In this document: one piece after another, positions 7,739-17,363 of the stretch
Layout: each line of letters starts with the position of its first letter
Position numbering within the stretch: the stretch's first letter is position 1
DNA from: a virus
Reading direction: 5' to 3' (one strand)
DNA: 45,396 nt
IMG/VR virus record: IMGVR_UViG_3300045988_083430
Made by a program: the position numbers and the translations under genes
The notes under the pieces: generated by a model
Databases searched by the model: none
What the model was told of the DNA's origin: nothing
Seen by the model: the letters and a program-made list of their open reading frames with translations, nothing else

Positions 7739-8326
7739 ATGGCAAAGGCATATTACGGTTCTAAAATTTCCGATAATATGACCAAAACGCCTGAAGGATT
7801 TCTTATATGTCACAATGTTCCAATTGGTCGAACAGGTGAATATAAATATCTATCATGCGAAATAGGTCAAGACGGAAATAATATCGTTTCAGTATATAGA
7901 ACCGATGATGAACTATTCGATCAGAGAACCATCGCTTCATTTGAAGGGAAGGCGTTCACAGATAATCACCCAAATGAAGATGTGACTTCAGATAATTGGA
8001 GCATGTACTCAAAAGGTGAGATTTCAAATGTTAGAAGAGGCAAAGGAGATTTTAGCGATTGTCTCGTAGCTGACATTTTGGTTAGAGACCCGGTTACAAT
8101 CAATGAAATTGAATCCGGTGTAAAAAGAGAAGTTTCAAGTGGTTATGATTGTGAATATGTTACTAAGGATGGAAAAACATTCCAACGTAACATTATTGGT
8201 AATCATGTATCACTTGTAAACGCAGGCAGAGCAGGACACAAAGTTGCGATTCGTGATTCTGAGATGCCTGCTTTTTCTGTTAGTAAAAGGAATAAGCTTA
8301 ATAAAGCTATTCTGAATTTGCTATAA
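7739..8326 (+). CDS. Head-module protein (DUF2213-like; possible prohead protease or scaffold partner)
   Basis: Start MAKAYYG after an AAGGTGGTG RBS. Sits upstream of the scaffold and capsid genes. Family assignment is from memory only. Confidence 0.4.
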   Translation: MAKAYYGSKISDNMTKTPEGFLICHNVPIGRTGEYKYLSCEIGQDGNNIVSVYRTDDELFDQRTIASFEGKAFTDNHPNEDVTSDNWSMYSKGEISNVRRGKGDFSDCLVADILVRDPVTINEIESGVKREVSSGYDCEYVTKDGKTFQRNIIGNHVSLVNAGRAGHKVAIRDSEMPAFSVSKRNKLNKAILNLL

Positions 8327-8342
8327 ATTAAGGAGGAATAAA

Positions 8343-8999
8343 ATGACAACCAAAGATGCAATTAAGAATTTCCTTCTGAAGCTTAAGTCAATGGATGAAT
8401 CCACCGTTTCTGAAGAGGTTGTTGACGCTGCTTGCGAAATGGCGGAGGAAGTTGCTAAAGCTGAGGACGAGGAAATTAAAGAGACTGAGGTTGAAGAGAC
8501 CGAGACCAAAGATGAGTGTAAGGACGATGACCTCGAAGAGAAGATTGAGAAAAAGGTTTCCGATGCTCTGAACCGTGCACTCGCTGCTTACGGCATTAAG
8601 GACACTTCAACAAAAGCTCTGGATGAACTGGAAGCTGAACTCGAGAAGGAAGAGGAAAAGGACGAAGACCCCAGCTCTGAAGAATCTGTTACTATCGATC
8701 CCGAGAAGATTGAAGCTAAGGATTCTGCTGAAGAGGTTAAAAAGGCTATTCGCGATATGAAGCCTGTCCTCGCTGCTATCGAAGACCCCATTGCTCGTAA
8801 GAAGGCGACTGATGCATTTGTGAAGATGGCTCGCATGAATATGTCGACCACTTCTACTTATGCCGATATTCAGTCTGCTATTGGTAACAATGGTAAGAAG
8901 GCTAATGACTCTAAGCCTATTGTTACAGACGCTGACTATGACCACGGTATGGATATTGCTAAGCGTTTTAATCCGCACTATATGAAGGAGGGTAAATAA
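8343..8999 (+). CDS. Scaffolding protein (acidic, helical)
   Basis: 218 aa, highly E/D/K-rich with coiled-coil-like composition, located upstream of the major capsid gene. Confidence 0.55.
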   Translation: MTTKDAIKNFLLKLKSMDESTVSEEVVDAACEMAEEVAKAEDEEIKETEVEETETKDECKDDDLEEKIEKKVSDALNRALAAYGIKDTSTKALDELEAELEKEEEKDEDPSSEESVTIDPEKIEAKDSAEEVKKAIRDMKPVLAAIEDPIARKKATDAFVKMARMNMSTTSTYADIQSAIGNNGKKANDSKPIVTDADYDHGMDIAKRFNPHYMKEGK

Positions 9000-9000
9000 T

Positions 9001-9528
9001 ATGCCGGGTAAAGTAATTGGTATTAAGATGAATACTGGCTATGTTGGTACCGTTTCAGCTTCTGCTGATGCTATCATTCAGGGCCGTATTGCTAAGAAGC
9101 TCATTAAGTTCGGTGAGCCTGTTGTTCTGGTGGCAGCTGAGAATAAGTATCTCGGTGTTGCTGATTCAATCACTGGTGGCACTGATTTCACCGCTCCCCA
9201 GTTCGCCGGTATCGCTGTTCGCGAGGTTGTACAGGCTAATGTGTATGACCCTCAGGAAACTCCTGGTTATGCTGCTAACTCTGTTGTTGATGTTCTGACT
9301 CGTGGTCAGTGCACAGTACTTTGCCAGAGAGGTACACCTACTGCTGGTGGTACAGTTTATGTTCGTACTGCTACAAGTGATACTTATCCCACTGCTGTGG
9401 TTGGTGGCTTCGAGGCTTCCGAAGAGGCTGATAAGACCGTTGCTCTGACCAATGTTCAGTGGACTACTGGCAACATGAATGCAGATAAGGTTGCTGAGGT
9501 AACCATTCTGACCCGTAATAAGGCGTAA
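9001..9528 (+). CDS. Putative capsid decoration or cement protein
   Basis: 175 aa between the scaffold and the major capsid gene. G/V/A/T-rich beta-type sequence. Shares the capsid-like codon bias. Confidence 0.35.
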   Translation: MPGKVIGIKMNTGYVGTVSASADAIIQGRIAKKLIKFGEPVVLVAAENKYLGVADSITGGTDFTAPQFAGIAVREVVQANVYDPQETPGYAANSVVDVLTRGQCTVLCQRGTPTAGGTVYVRTATSDTYPTAVVGGFEASEEADKTVALTNVQWTTGNMNADKVAEVTILTRNKA

Positions 9529-9540
9529 GGAGGTATATAG

Positions 9541-10602
9541 ATGATTACTAGAGATTTTTCTTCTACCGGTATCGCCTTTGGCGGTGCAGATAAGATGTCA
9601 GTTCTGAGTGATAGCTCTCTCGGCAATGGCATGGGTGCTGCTATGGCTACTCGTGATGCTGCAGGCATTGCTCAGGGTATGGCTTTCCTGGAGGGTGAAC
9701 TTGAGAAACGTGACCCCAAGATTCGCGAGCCGCTTACTTCAGTAACTTGGCAGCGCGATATTGTTGCTAAGACTGGTGGCGGCTGGGTTGATTTCACTTC
9801 TACTTACAACGTAGATTATGCCACAACCGGTGCTAATAAGTCTGGTCTGATTGCTGGTCAGACAGACAACATTCCTCTGATGCAGGCTAACGTCAATAAG
9901 GACATCTTTAAGGTGTTCAGCTGGGCGCAGGCCATGAAGATTCCCTTTGTTGATAACCAGAAGCTGCAGACCATTGGTCGTTCTCTGGACACTCTGCTGG
10001 ATAAAGGTATTCGCCTGAACTACAATAAGTCCATTGATGAGTTGGTTTACAAGGGCATCGACACCGTTGGCGTTACAGGTATCGTTAACGACCCCAACCT
10101 GGTTACATCTTATGTTGACAACAACGAGGCTGGTACCTCTCGTAAGTGGAAGGATAAGTCCGTTGATGAAATTCTGTGGGACGTCAACAAGGCAATCACT
10201 GAGGCTTGGGAGGCTTCCGAGTATGATGAGAATGCTATTCCCAACCACATCCTGATTGCTCCCGAGGATTATGCTTACATCGTATCAACTCGTATCGGTA
10301 CTTCCGGTGATGAGAACATCCTGAACTACCTGCTGAAGAACAACCTGGCGGTTAACCAGGGTAGAGACCTCTCTATTTATCCCTCACGTTGGTGCAAGGG
10401 TGCTGGCGTTGATGGTTCCAACCGTATGGTTGTTTACGTCAACAATGACGATTTCCTGTATTTCGATCTGCCCGTTCCTCTGACTCGTGTGATGACCCAG
10501 CCCGTTGCTCTGCAGTTTGCTTATATCACTATTTACGCTGCTCAGATGGGTCAGGCGAAGTTCCTGTATTGGCAGCCCGCTCGTTATTACGACGGTATCT
10601 AA
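9541..10602 (+). CDS. Major capsid protein (HK97-fold, DUF2184-like)
   Basis: 353 aa, AGGAGG RBS, position in the head module, and the strongest CTG/GGT/GCT codon bias in the genome. Confidence 0.7.
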   Translation: MITRDFSSTGIAFGGADKMSVLSDSSLGNGMGAAMATRDAAGIAQGMAFLEGELEKRDPKIREPLTSVTWQRDIVAKTGGGWVDFTSTYNVDYATTGANKSGLIAGQTDNIPLMQANVNKDIFKVFSWAQAMKIPFVDNQKLQTIGRSLDTLLDKGIRLNYNKSIDELVYKGIDTVGVTGIVNDPNLVTSYVDNNEAGTSRKWKDKSVDEILWDVNKAITEAWEASEYDENAIPNHILIAPEDYAYIVSTRIGTSGDENILNYLLKNNLAVNQGRDLSIYPSRWCKGAGVDGSNRMVVYVNNDDFLYFDLPVPLTRVMTQPVALQFAYITIYAAQMGQAKFLYWQPARYYDGI

Positions 10603-10632
10603 ACAAACTTATAAACAGAAAGGTTGATAAAT

Positions 10633-11037
10633 ATGTCTGAAGTCGCTATTATCGCAACCCGTAGATTTCAGTTTGGTGCTGGCCTGATGAGAGATGGTTC
10701 TTTCGATCGATTCGTAACCACACCCAATGTAACCATGATGATGCCTGAGCGGTTTATGAATGACCCTCTATTCATCAAGGCACATGAACTTGGTCTTCTG
10801 ATGGTCGTCAGTAACGTAAGGTCAGCTCCTGTTACATCCGTGGCTGCTGCCAAGGTAGTTAATACCCCTAAGACCGAAGATGTCTCTGAGGATAATCCTG
10901 ACGGTTCTGGTGAAGCGGATGAGCTTGCTAACATGTCAGTAGAAGAGCTACTCGAGAAGGCCGAAGAACTTGGTATTGATGTTCCGGATGGAATTGGCAA
11001 GAAGAAGCTTAAGAAGCTGATTCGAGAAGCTATGTAA
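10633..11037 (+). CDS. Hypothetical head protein with a C-terminal Rho-N/HeH-like motif
   Basis: C-terminus SVEELLEKAEELGIDVPDGIGKKKLKKLIREA. The ATG at 10633 is preferred over the TTG at 10624. Confidence 0.5.
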   Translation: MSEVAIIATRRFQFGAGLMRDGSFDRFVTTPNVTMMMPERFMNDPLFIKAHELGLLMVVSNVRSAPVTSVAAAKVVNTPKTEDVSEDNPDGSGEADELANMSVEELLEKAEELGIDVPDGIGKKKLKKLIREAM

Positions 11038-11063
11038 TTTGTGAATATAAAGGAGGCCCCACA

Positions 11064-11579
11064 ATGGATTTTATTTCGATGCTTGGTTATAATAACTCAG
11101 CATATATTCAGGAGGCATTTACCACTGCTGGGGCCTCCAATGTATTTACAGAGGATAATCCTCAGTTCACAGCTGCAGATTTCTACAAAACATTTCCCAA
11201 GTTTCATGATTGTGATAACGGAGTAGAAATCCCTGACTATATTATCTCAATGTTTATTAGCATTGCTGACCATTCAATTAAGGAACGCAGATTCAAGACA
11301 ATGTGGAAATATTGTATGTGCCTTTATGTAGCGCATTTGGCCACACTTTACCTTCAGGTACAAAATGAAGTTCCTGGTTCAGCTGCTTTGATTTCATCAG
11401 CAATGCCGAGAGGAATAGCTGCTAGTAAATCAGTTGATGCTCTTAGTATTTCGTATGACTATCAAGGCGTATCAGAAGACCTTAAAGGTTATGGAACATT
11501 CAAATACACAGTTTATGGTCAGCAGCTTGCAACATACGCAAGAATGTACAGAGGTGTAGGGATGTGGGTTAATGGATGA
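11064..11579 (+). CDS. Head-tail connector/adaptor (DUF4054-like)
   Basis: 171 aa, first gene after the capsid block, AGGAGG RBS. Family call is from memory. Confidence 0.4.
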   Translation: MDFISMLGYNNSAYIQEAFTTAGASNVFTEDNPQFTAADFYKTFPKFHDCDNGVEIPDYIISMFISIADHSIKERRFKTMWKYCMCLYVAHLATLYLQVQNEVPGSAALISSAMPRGIAASKSVDALSISYDYQGVSEDLKGYGTFKYTVYGQQLATYARMYRGVGMWVNG

Positions 11580-12063
11580 CATGGTGAAGTTTACTCAGAA
11601 AATGAGTAAAGTTTACATAGCAAAAAAGGCATATGAATTTCTCGTGTCACATGATGTTCTGGTTGGTATTCCTCAGGAAACATCTACAAGGGAAGGCGAA
11701 GATGTGACAAATGCTGAATTGCTATTTATTCATACTAATGGTTCTCCCATTAGGAACATTCCTCCCAGGCCAGTTATTAAGCCGGCATTAAAGAATTCTG
11801 ATAACGAGATAAAACGTTATCGATTAAAGGTATTAAAAACTGCTGTACAAGGTGATTTTCAAGGTTCACTTGAAGATATGGAACGTTTAGGTATGAAAGC
11901 TCAAAACGTTTGTAGAAAATGGTTCGTAAATCCTGAAAATGGATGGGCTCCAAACTCGCCGGCAACAATCGCTCGTAAAGGTAGCGATAGACCTTTGATT
12001 GATACTGGTGAACTTAGAAAATCAATAACTTATGTAGTAAGAAAGAGAGGAGCAGGAAGATGA
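11572..12063 (+). CDS. Neck / head-closure protein (HK97 gp10-like)
   Basis: PLIDTGELRKSITYVV resembles the gp10-family motif. Overlaps its neighbours. Confidence 0.4.
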   Translation: MDDMVKFTQKMSKVYIAKKAYEFLVSHDVLVGIPQETSTREGEDVTNAELLFIHTNGSPIRNIPPRPVIKPALKNSDNEIKRYRLKVLKTAVQGDFQGSLEDMERLGMKAQNVCRKWFVNPENGWAPNSPATIARKGSDRPLIDTGELRKSITYVVRKRGAGR

Positions 12064-12422
12064 TTTATATCGGTGAACTTATTACCGACCCTGATTTTTC
12101 TCAGGTAATCACAGTTAAACGCAGAGTTGCCAATGTAGTAAATCATCGTTTTGTAGATACTCCTTCTGAATTTAAGTGTGCAGCAGTTATCACGATAAAT
12201 AATCCCAAAACTCTAACAAACGACCCTCAATTCGAGAGAGATGAAGAAAGCATTAACGTATTCACTAATAAAGAGCTTTACACAACTGGTGAGTATAATA
12301 TGTATAAAAACATTTCAGACATCGTATATTTCGAGGGGCATGAATACAAAATAGTTTCGGTTAAAAACTATGGCAAGAACGGCTTTTATCATTCTATTTG
12401 CGAAAGGATGAAATCAACATGA
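12060..12422 (+). CDS. Neck/tail-joining protein (hypothetical)
   Basis: ATGA-coupled 120-aa ORF in the neck block. Confidence 0.4.
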   Translation: MIYIGELITDPDFSQVITVKRRVANVVNHRFVDTPSEFKCAAVITINNPKTLTNDPQFERDEESINVFTNKELYTTGEYNMYKNISDIVYFEGHEYKIVSVKNYGKNGFYHSICERMKST

Positions 12423-12961
12423 AAGAAATAATCCTTCCAATAGAAGATATTGAAACATTGTGTGCTCAAATTGCTACAACAATTTCTGGTTATAATGAAG
12501 AACAAGTAATCATAGCTTATGAGCAACAAGGTAATCCGGCAAACGGAATAAATGATAATTTTATTTATTGCTATGTATTGCCGGTTGACGATACAATATC
12601 AAAATATGTAAATAGGTATCAAGAACAAATAAGGGACGGCGAAGAAGTTAGTTATCAACGGGCAATCCAGAATACTGACACCTTTGCAGTCCATTTTATC
12701 ATTTATGGACCAGATGCTGGAGAAACGGCAAGAAGAATGCAGCTTCGATGGTATGCTACAGATATTAAAACAACTCTGGCAAATAAAAACCTTTATACAA
12801 TTCCCGGTGCTGGTTCCGGTATTACACGAGTTCCCGAACATTACAACGGCCAGTGGTGGAATAGGTATGACTTGGAATATCAGATTTATTCGACTACTCA
12901 GGTCGTTTATGATATAGATACATTTAAGAAACTCAATCTTACAATGGAGGAGGATATTTAA
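12419..12961 (+). CDS. Tail terminator/completion candidate (hypothetical)
   Basis: ATGA overlap (start MKEIILP), lies immediately upstream of the sheath gene. Confidence 0.35.
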   Translation: MKEIILPIEDIETLCAQIATTISGYNEEQVIIAYEQQGNPANGINDNFIYCYVLPVDDTISKYVNRYQEQIRDGEEVSYQRAIQNTDTFAVHFIIYGPDAGETARRMQLRWYATDIKTTLANKNLYTIPGAGSGITRVPEHYNGQWWNRYDLEYQIYSTTQVVYDIDTFKKLNLTMEEDI

Positions 12962-12962
12962 T

Positions 12963-14099
12963 ATGGCTATTTCCATTAAGGATATTGTTAATGTTACGGT
13001 CCAGGTAGACCAGGGCATTGCGACAGTATCTGATTTTAATGTTGGCCTGATTCTTGGTAGCTCAGCTGTTCTGAATGCTAATACTCGTACAGCTACATAC
13101 GCAAGTCTGGCTGCAATGTCATCTGCAGGTTTTGGAACAGATTCACCTGAGTACAAAGCTGCTTCACTTTACTTTGCTCAGTCTCCTAGCCCTGCTAAGG
13201 TAGTTATTGGTTTCCAGAATAAGACAGGTTCTGAGACACTTGTTCAGGCGATCACTGCTTGCCGTAAATCCGATAACACATGGTTCGGTGCTATGTCAAC
13301 TGGTGCATATACTACTCAGGAACTTCAGAACTTGGCAATTTATCTTGAAAGCGTAGAGGTTCCTGCTTACTTTGTTTTCCAGGATAAAGACGCAAACGAC
13401 CTCGTAACTGATGGTAGTGCTGTTAGTAACATTTTCAAGACACTGAAAACTGCTGGCTACAAAAACATGTTGGGCTTCTATTATACGGAGGCGAATGATG
13501 CGAATGGTTACGAAGTTTCTGCGGCTGTTCTGGGTCGGATTTGTGGTCTTGCTTCCGGTGATGCTAACTCTGCTTTTGATCTGGCCTATAAGTCTCTGGT
13601 TGGCGTAAAATCTGAGAACATCACTTCAGTTCAGCTTCAGAATCTTAAAGGCTATTGTGGCAATGCTTATGCTAACTATGGTAATAAGTATGATTTCATC
13701 ACATCGTCTCTGATGTCAAGCGGTTATCATTTTGATGAGTATTACGCTATTCAGCTCATTCGTAGTTATATCGAACAGAATGTAGTAAATGCTCTAATCA
13801 ACAATCGAGTAATTCCCATGACTGATGATGGCGTAGCTGTTATCACAAATCAGATTGCTTACTCATTTGAGCAGATTAAGAACATGGGCTATATCGCTTC
13901 TGGCATTTGGAATGCTGCTCCTGTTAGAACTCTTGCTACAGGTGATGCACTTCCCAATGGTTACATCATCTTCACTGATTCTGTCGATACGCTTTCAGCT
14001 TCAGAAAGAGCTCAGAGAATTACACCTCCCATCGTTTGTTGTGTTAAACTGGCTGGTGCAATCGAATACATTAGTATTTCAGTATTTGTAAATCGATAA
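12963..14099 (+). CDS. Tail sheath protein (DUF3383-like)
   Basis: 378 aa, directly upstream of the tube, chaperone and tape measure genes. Baseplate genes downstream indicate a contractile tail. Confidence 0.65.
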   Translation: MAISIKDIVNVTVQVDQGIATVSDFNVGLILGSSAVLNANTRTATYASLAAMSSAGFGTDSPEYKAASLYFAQSPSPAKVVIGFQNKTGSETLVQAITACRKSDNTWFGAMSTGAYTTQELQNLAIYLESVEVPAYFVFQDKDANDLVTDGSAVSNIFKTLKTAGYKNMLGFYYTEANDANGYEVSAAVLGRICGLASGDANSAFDLAYKSLVGVKSENITSVQLQNLKGYCGNAYANYGNKYDFITSSLMSSGYHFDEYYAIQLIRSYIEQNVVNALINNRVIPMTDDGVAVITNQIAYSFEQIKNMGYIASGIWNAAPVRTLATGDALPNGYIIFTDSVDTLSASERAQRITPPIVCCVKLAGAIEYISISVFVNR

Positions 14100-14112
14100 G
14101 GAGGTGTAATAA

Positions 14113-14541
14113 ATGGTTAGAACTTATAGCTTCGAGAATACTATCGTTACTATCTCCCATCCTGATGTAGGGCAATATACAATGTATGGAGCCGGTCTTG
14201 GTGATATTACGATTTCTCGTTCAAATGATGAAACTTCTCATGAGATTTCTGCTGACCTTTCAGTCCTGATTAGTAAATCAGTAAAGAAGAATGGTACAGT
14301 TACAATCAATGTACTGCAAGCTTCTGATGCAAATGATTTCATGATTCGTCTCGTTAAATATGTTGAGACTGCTGTTCCTGCCGTATTTGCTCAGACCCAG
14401 ATTTCCATTGAAAGCAATTCAACTGGTGAGAAATGGGTGTGCACAGGAGTTTCACCTCAGAAGATGGCCGACGTAACATACGGCGCTCAGGGAACTACAA
14501 AGGCCTGGAATATGATGGCCGCAAGCATTGAACTTCAGTAA
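14113..14541 (+). CDS. Tail tube protein
   Basis: 142 aa between the sheath and chaperone genes. AGGAGG RBS. Confidence 0.6.
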   Translation: MVRTYSFENTIVTISHPDVGQYTMYGAGLGDITISRSNDETSHEISADLSVLISKSVKKNGTVTINVLQASDANDFMIRLVKYVETAVPAVFAQTQISIESNSTGEKWVCTGVSPQKMADVTYGAQGTTKAWNMMAASIELQ

Positions 14542-14556
14542 TTGGAGGATAAATAG

Positions 14557-14982
14557 ATGAATGCAAATATAAATACAAAAAGAGAAACTGAAAAGCTCAT
14601 TGAAATTGATGGCAGGCAATTTATTATTAAGAAGTACGACCCACTTCTTGGTAACTATATCGTAGCTCAACTGTTTATGTACACAATGCCCTCAGGATTC
14701 ACTCAGATAAGCCAGGATGTTCCAGGAGGGACTCAACCTAATAAGCCCATAATGAATAAGGGCGAATTTATTGAGCTCCAGAAGGATATTCTAAGCTGTT
14801 GTGGTGAAGTCCTTCCGGCTGGTACAGCTCAAGTAATCAATAGCAATGGAACATATGGTATCACAGGTTTTGATAGCCAACTTGCTCTTAAGCTTTTGAT
14901 TGCAGCAGTAGCTTTTAATTTCAGAGATTTTTTCGACGCAAGCTCCCTTGGCTCACTGATGGAACCCAAAGCGGAGCAGTAA
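14557..14982 (+). CDS. Tail assembly chaperone (zero-frame product)
   Basis: 141 aa upstream of the tape measure. Contains an in-frame T_TTT_TTC slippery site near the 3' end. Confidence 0.7.
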   Translation: MNANINTKRETEKLIEIDGRQFIIKKYDPLLGNYIVAQLFMYTMPSGFTQISQDVPGGTQPNKPIMNKGEFIELQKDILSCCGEVLPAGTAQVINSNGTYGITGFDSQLALKLLIAAVAFNFRDFFDASSLGSLMEPKAEQ

Positions 14983-15173
14983 AAGGAAAATGCATTACCT
15001 CCAGTAATGTTGACCAACTATTGTTTCTACCAGTCACAAAAGGGTTATGGCAGCAACACGAACTATGGGACGGTACATACACCTTTGATGACTGGTGGAA
15101 CATAGTTGAATTGATATTGTTGGAAGCAAAGAATGAAGAGATAATGATGCAAGAGGTAAACGATAGGAGGTGA
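14557..15173 (+). CDS. Tail assembly chaperone, -1 frameshift-extended product (about 205 aa)
   Basis: The -1 frame is open from 14919 to TGA at 15171-15173 and reads ...KGLWQQHELWDGTYTFDDWWNIVELILLEAKNEE.... It ends 5 nt before the tape-measure start. Confidence 0.6.
14928..14977 (+). promoter_or_regulatory. -1 programmed frameshift signal: slippery heptamer plus downstream stem-loop
   Basis: T TTT TTC at 14928-14934 in X_XXY_YYZ phase. After a 7-nt spacer there is an imperfect 10-bp stem, 14942-14951 paired with 14966-14977. Confidence 0.6.
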
Positions 15174-15178
15174 TTGAT

Positions 15179-16423
15179 GTGAATCCTCAGAGCTTGGAAG
15201 AGTACTTAGTATCGATAGGTTGGCAAGTTGATAAAGCTTCATTTAATGAAGCACTTGGTTCTCTTTCACAATTCAAGGATACGTCAAAAATCCTCAGTAT
15301 GAATGCAGGTCAGCTTTTGCTTAAGGCTGCATCGTCATTTATAAAAATAGGTTGGCAGGTAACGAAAACAATTTTCGATATGTCAACTGCAATGGCTCAA
15401 ACAGATATAACCGTAGAACGGTTCGCTAGAGCTACTGCTTCATCAGAAAGAACTGCTAGAGCTTACATGAGGACAATGAAAGCATTGGGGCAAGATGCTA
15501 CAAGCTTTGAAGATTTGTTCCTCATGACAAATGAGGAGTATGCCAGATTTAAGGATATATTTAGATTATCTAAGAGTTTGGAAGCTCCTCAAGGATTACA
15601 AGATACTTTAGTTAGTATTAGAGATATACAACACGAAATAAATAAATTCAAGATTATTCTGCAATATGCAGGTGATTGGTTTGTTTATTTTTTAGGCGAA
15701 CAGCTTGGTGTTGAAATTGATGACCTGAAACAAGGTCTCAAAGGAATAAATGATTATCTCGTAGAGAACATTCAACCTAACACTAAAAAGCTCGCAGAAT
15801 TCGTCGCTCCATTCTTAAGAATAATTATTGAGATTCTTACTTGGCTTACTAAAGTAGGAAAAAAGATAATGGAGGTTGGTTCAGAATCAGAAGTATTTGA
15901 AACTGTAGGTGGTTTGTTAGATTCAATAGGAAATGCACTATCTACAATATTTGAACTACTAAATCTGATTCTTGGACTTGACGGTGACTTAAATTCTCTA
16001 GCTACAACATTCGAGATAATTGGTGCAGTTCTTGATGCAATATCAACTATTATAAATGGAATTGCTGATACAATTAAGTTTATTATAGCTTTGATTAAAG
16101 GTGAGAATTTTGTTGATGCTCTCGAAAAAAGCTATTCAAATACCGCTGAATCGTTCAATAGAGGACGAGGTCATATCGATAGACTTCTTGGCTTACAAGA
16201 TACTCGCGCTACTATGGAGCGAACAGCTGTACAAACGAAAGTAGCAAATGATTTGGCCACTGGAATGAATCGGTACGAAACAAATAATCGTACAAACAAC
16301 AATAATACTACAGTTAATAATACATTCAATATCAACGGTGCCAAAGAACCTGCTGCTGTTGGTAATGAGGTTTATAAAGCTGCTATCCGCTCAGCCGATA
16401 ATAATGCATTGGTAGGTGATTAA
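15179..16423 (+). CDS. Tape measure protein
   Basis: GTG start 8 nt after AGGAGG. About 414 aa, helical with hydrophobic stretches. Follows the chaperone frameshift pair. Confidence 0.65.
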   Translation: MNPQSLEEYLVSIGWQVDKASFNEALGSLSQFKDTSKILSMNAGQLLLKAASSFIKIGWQVTKTIFDMSTAMAQTDITVERFARATASSERTARAYMRTMKALGQDATSFEDLFLMTNEEYARFKDIFRLSKSLEAPQGLQDTLVSIRDIQHEINKFKIILQYAGDWFVYFLGEQLGVEIDDLKQGLKGINDYLVENIQPNTKKLAEFVAPFLRIIIEILTWLTKVGKKIMEVGSESEVFETVGGLLDSIGNALSTIFELLNLILGLDGDLNSLATTFEIIGAVLDAISTIINGIADTIKFIIALIKGENFVDALEKSYSNTAESFNRGRGHIDRLLGLQDTRATMERTAVQTKVANDLATGMNRYETNNRTNNNNTTVNNTFNINGAKEPAAVGNEVYKAAIRSADNNALVGD

Positions 16424-16424
16424 C

Positions 16425-17009
16425 ATGGCAAATAATAACGCTGTTATTTATACAAAAACAAATATTGGTGGATTATTCTTTGATTGCTATGTTTCATTCA
16501 GTCACAATAGTGAATTGGAAATCACCTCACATCAGGTAGAGACAGGAGCAAACATCTCAGACCACTCATATGTTAAACCCAAAACATTGGTTGTCGAAGT
16601 TATGATGTCTGATGTGCTTACAGCTACTTCGTCAGATTCGTTTAACAATGCCGAAAGCCGTTCAATTGGAGCTTATGAAGCTTTGATAGCTTTACAGAAT
16701 GCTAGAACTCCTGTTACTGTTCTTACTCGATTGGCTCAGTATGATAATATGCTTATTAAAAGTATTGATGCTCATGATGATGCAGACACAGTTCATGGAC
16801 TATCAGCTACAGTTACATTGGTTGAGATTCCTGTCGCAAGGCTTAAAACAGTTAAAATCAGTGCTTACCCGCAAGCTACTTCTTCTACTCCTGTTGGTAT
16901 TCTAAATCCTACTCCTGCACCAAAGAAAACACAGAAGGCATTGACAAGGCAAATTTCTGGCGGTAAGAACGATTTTGTTAGAAGGGTAACTTCTATGTTC
17001 ATAAATTAA
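16425..17009 (+). CDS. Tail/baseplate assembly protein (hypothetical)
   Basis: 194 aa directly after the tape measure (start MANNNAV). Confidence 0.4.
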   Translation: MANNNAVIYTKTNIGGLFFDCYVSFSHNSELEITSHQVETGANISDHSYVKPKTLVVEVMMSDVLTATSSDSFNNAESRSIGAYEALIALQNARTPVTVLTRLAQYDNMLIKSIDAHDDADTVHGLSATVTLVEIPVARLKTVKISAYPQATSSTPVGILNPTPAPKKTQKALTRQISGGKNDFVRRVTSMFIN

Positions 17010-17021
17010 GGAGGTGTTTAG

Positions 17022-17363
17022 ATGCTTTATAAAATTCCCGTTACAACACTTCCCAATAACACATTTAATATAAATGTTCCAGTTGGAGATGAAAACCTTT
17101 ATTTCAAGCTACAGTTTACATATAATTCAATAGGTAAATACTGGATGCTTTCAATATACGATGCTGATACTTTGGATTGTATTATCAGCAATTTGAATAT
17201 GATAGAAACATATGGTGAATATGCTGATTTGGTAAAACTATTTTCATATAAGCATATCGGTGCACTATATGTGGTCAACGTTGGTTCAGTCAATTCCTCA
17301 ATGCCTGATGACACGAATTTTGGCACAGATTTTGAATTAGTTTGGAGTGATACAGCCTCATGA
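17022..17363 (+). CDS. Baseplate-associated hypothetical protein
   Basis: 113 aa, AGGAGG RBS, coupled to the hub gene. Confidence 0.4.
   Translation: MLYKIPVTTLPNNTFNINVPVGDENLYFKLQFTYNSIGKYWMLSIYDADTLDCIISNLNMIETYGEYADLVKLFSYKHIGALYVVNVGSVNSSMPDDTNFGTDFELVWSDTAS

Noticed and set aside
7347-13156. Other - strand ORFs (7347-7751, 8588-8978, 9739-10248, 10668-11000, 12599-13156) and nested + strand ORFs (1776-2009, 8575-8760, 9041-9298, 10034-10255, 11041-11226, 12684-12917)
   Set aside because: Each lies wholly inside a longer + strand gene that has an RBS, recognisable motifs or operon coupling. None has its own start context.
14965-14971. CCCAAAG near the chaperone stop codon as the frameshift site
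   Set aside because: In the zero frame it reads CCC AAA G, which is not X_XXY_YYZ phase. The upstream T_TTT_TTC is in the correct phase and has a properly spaced stem-loop.
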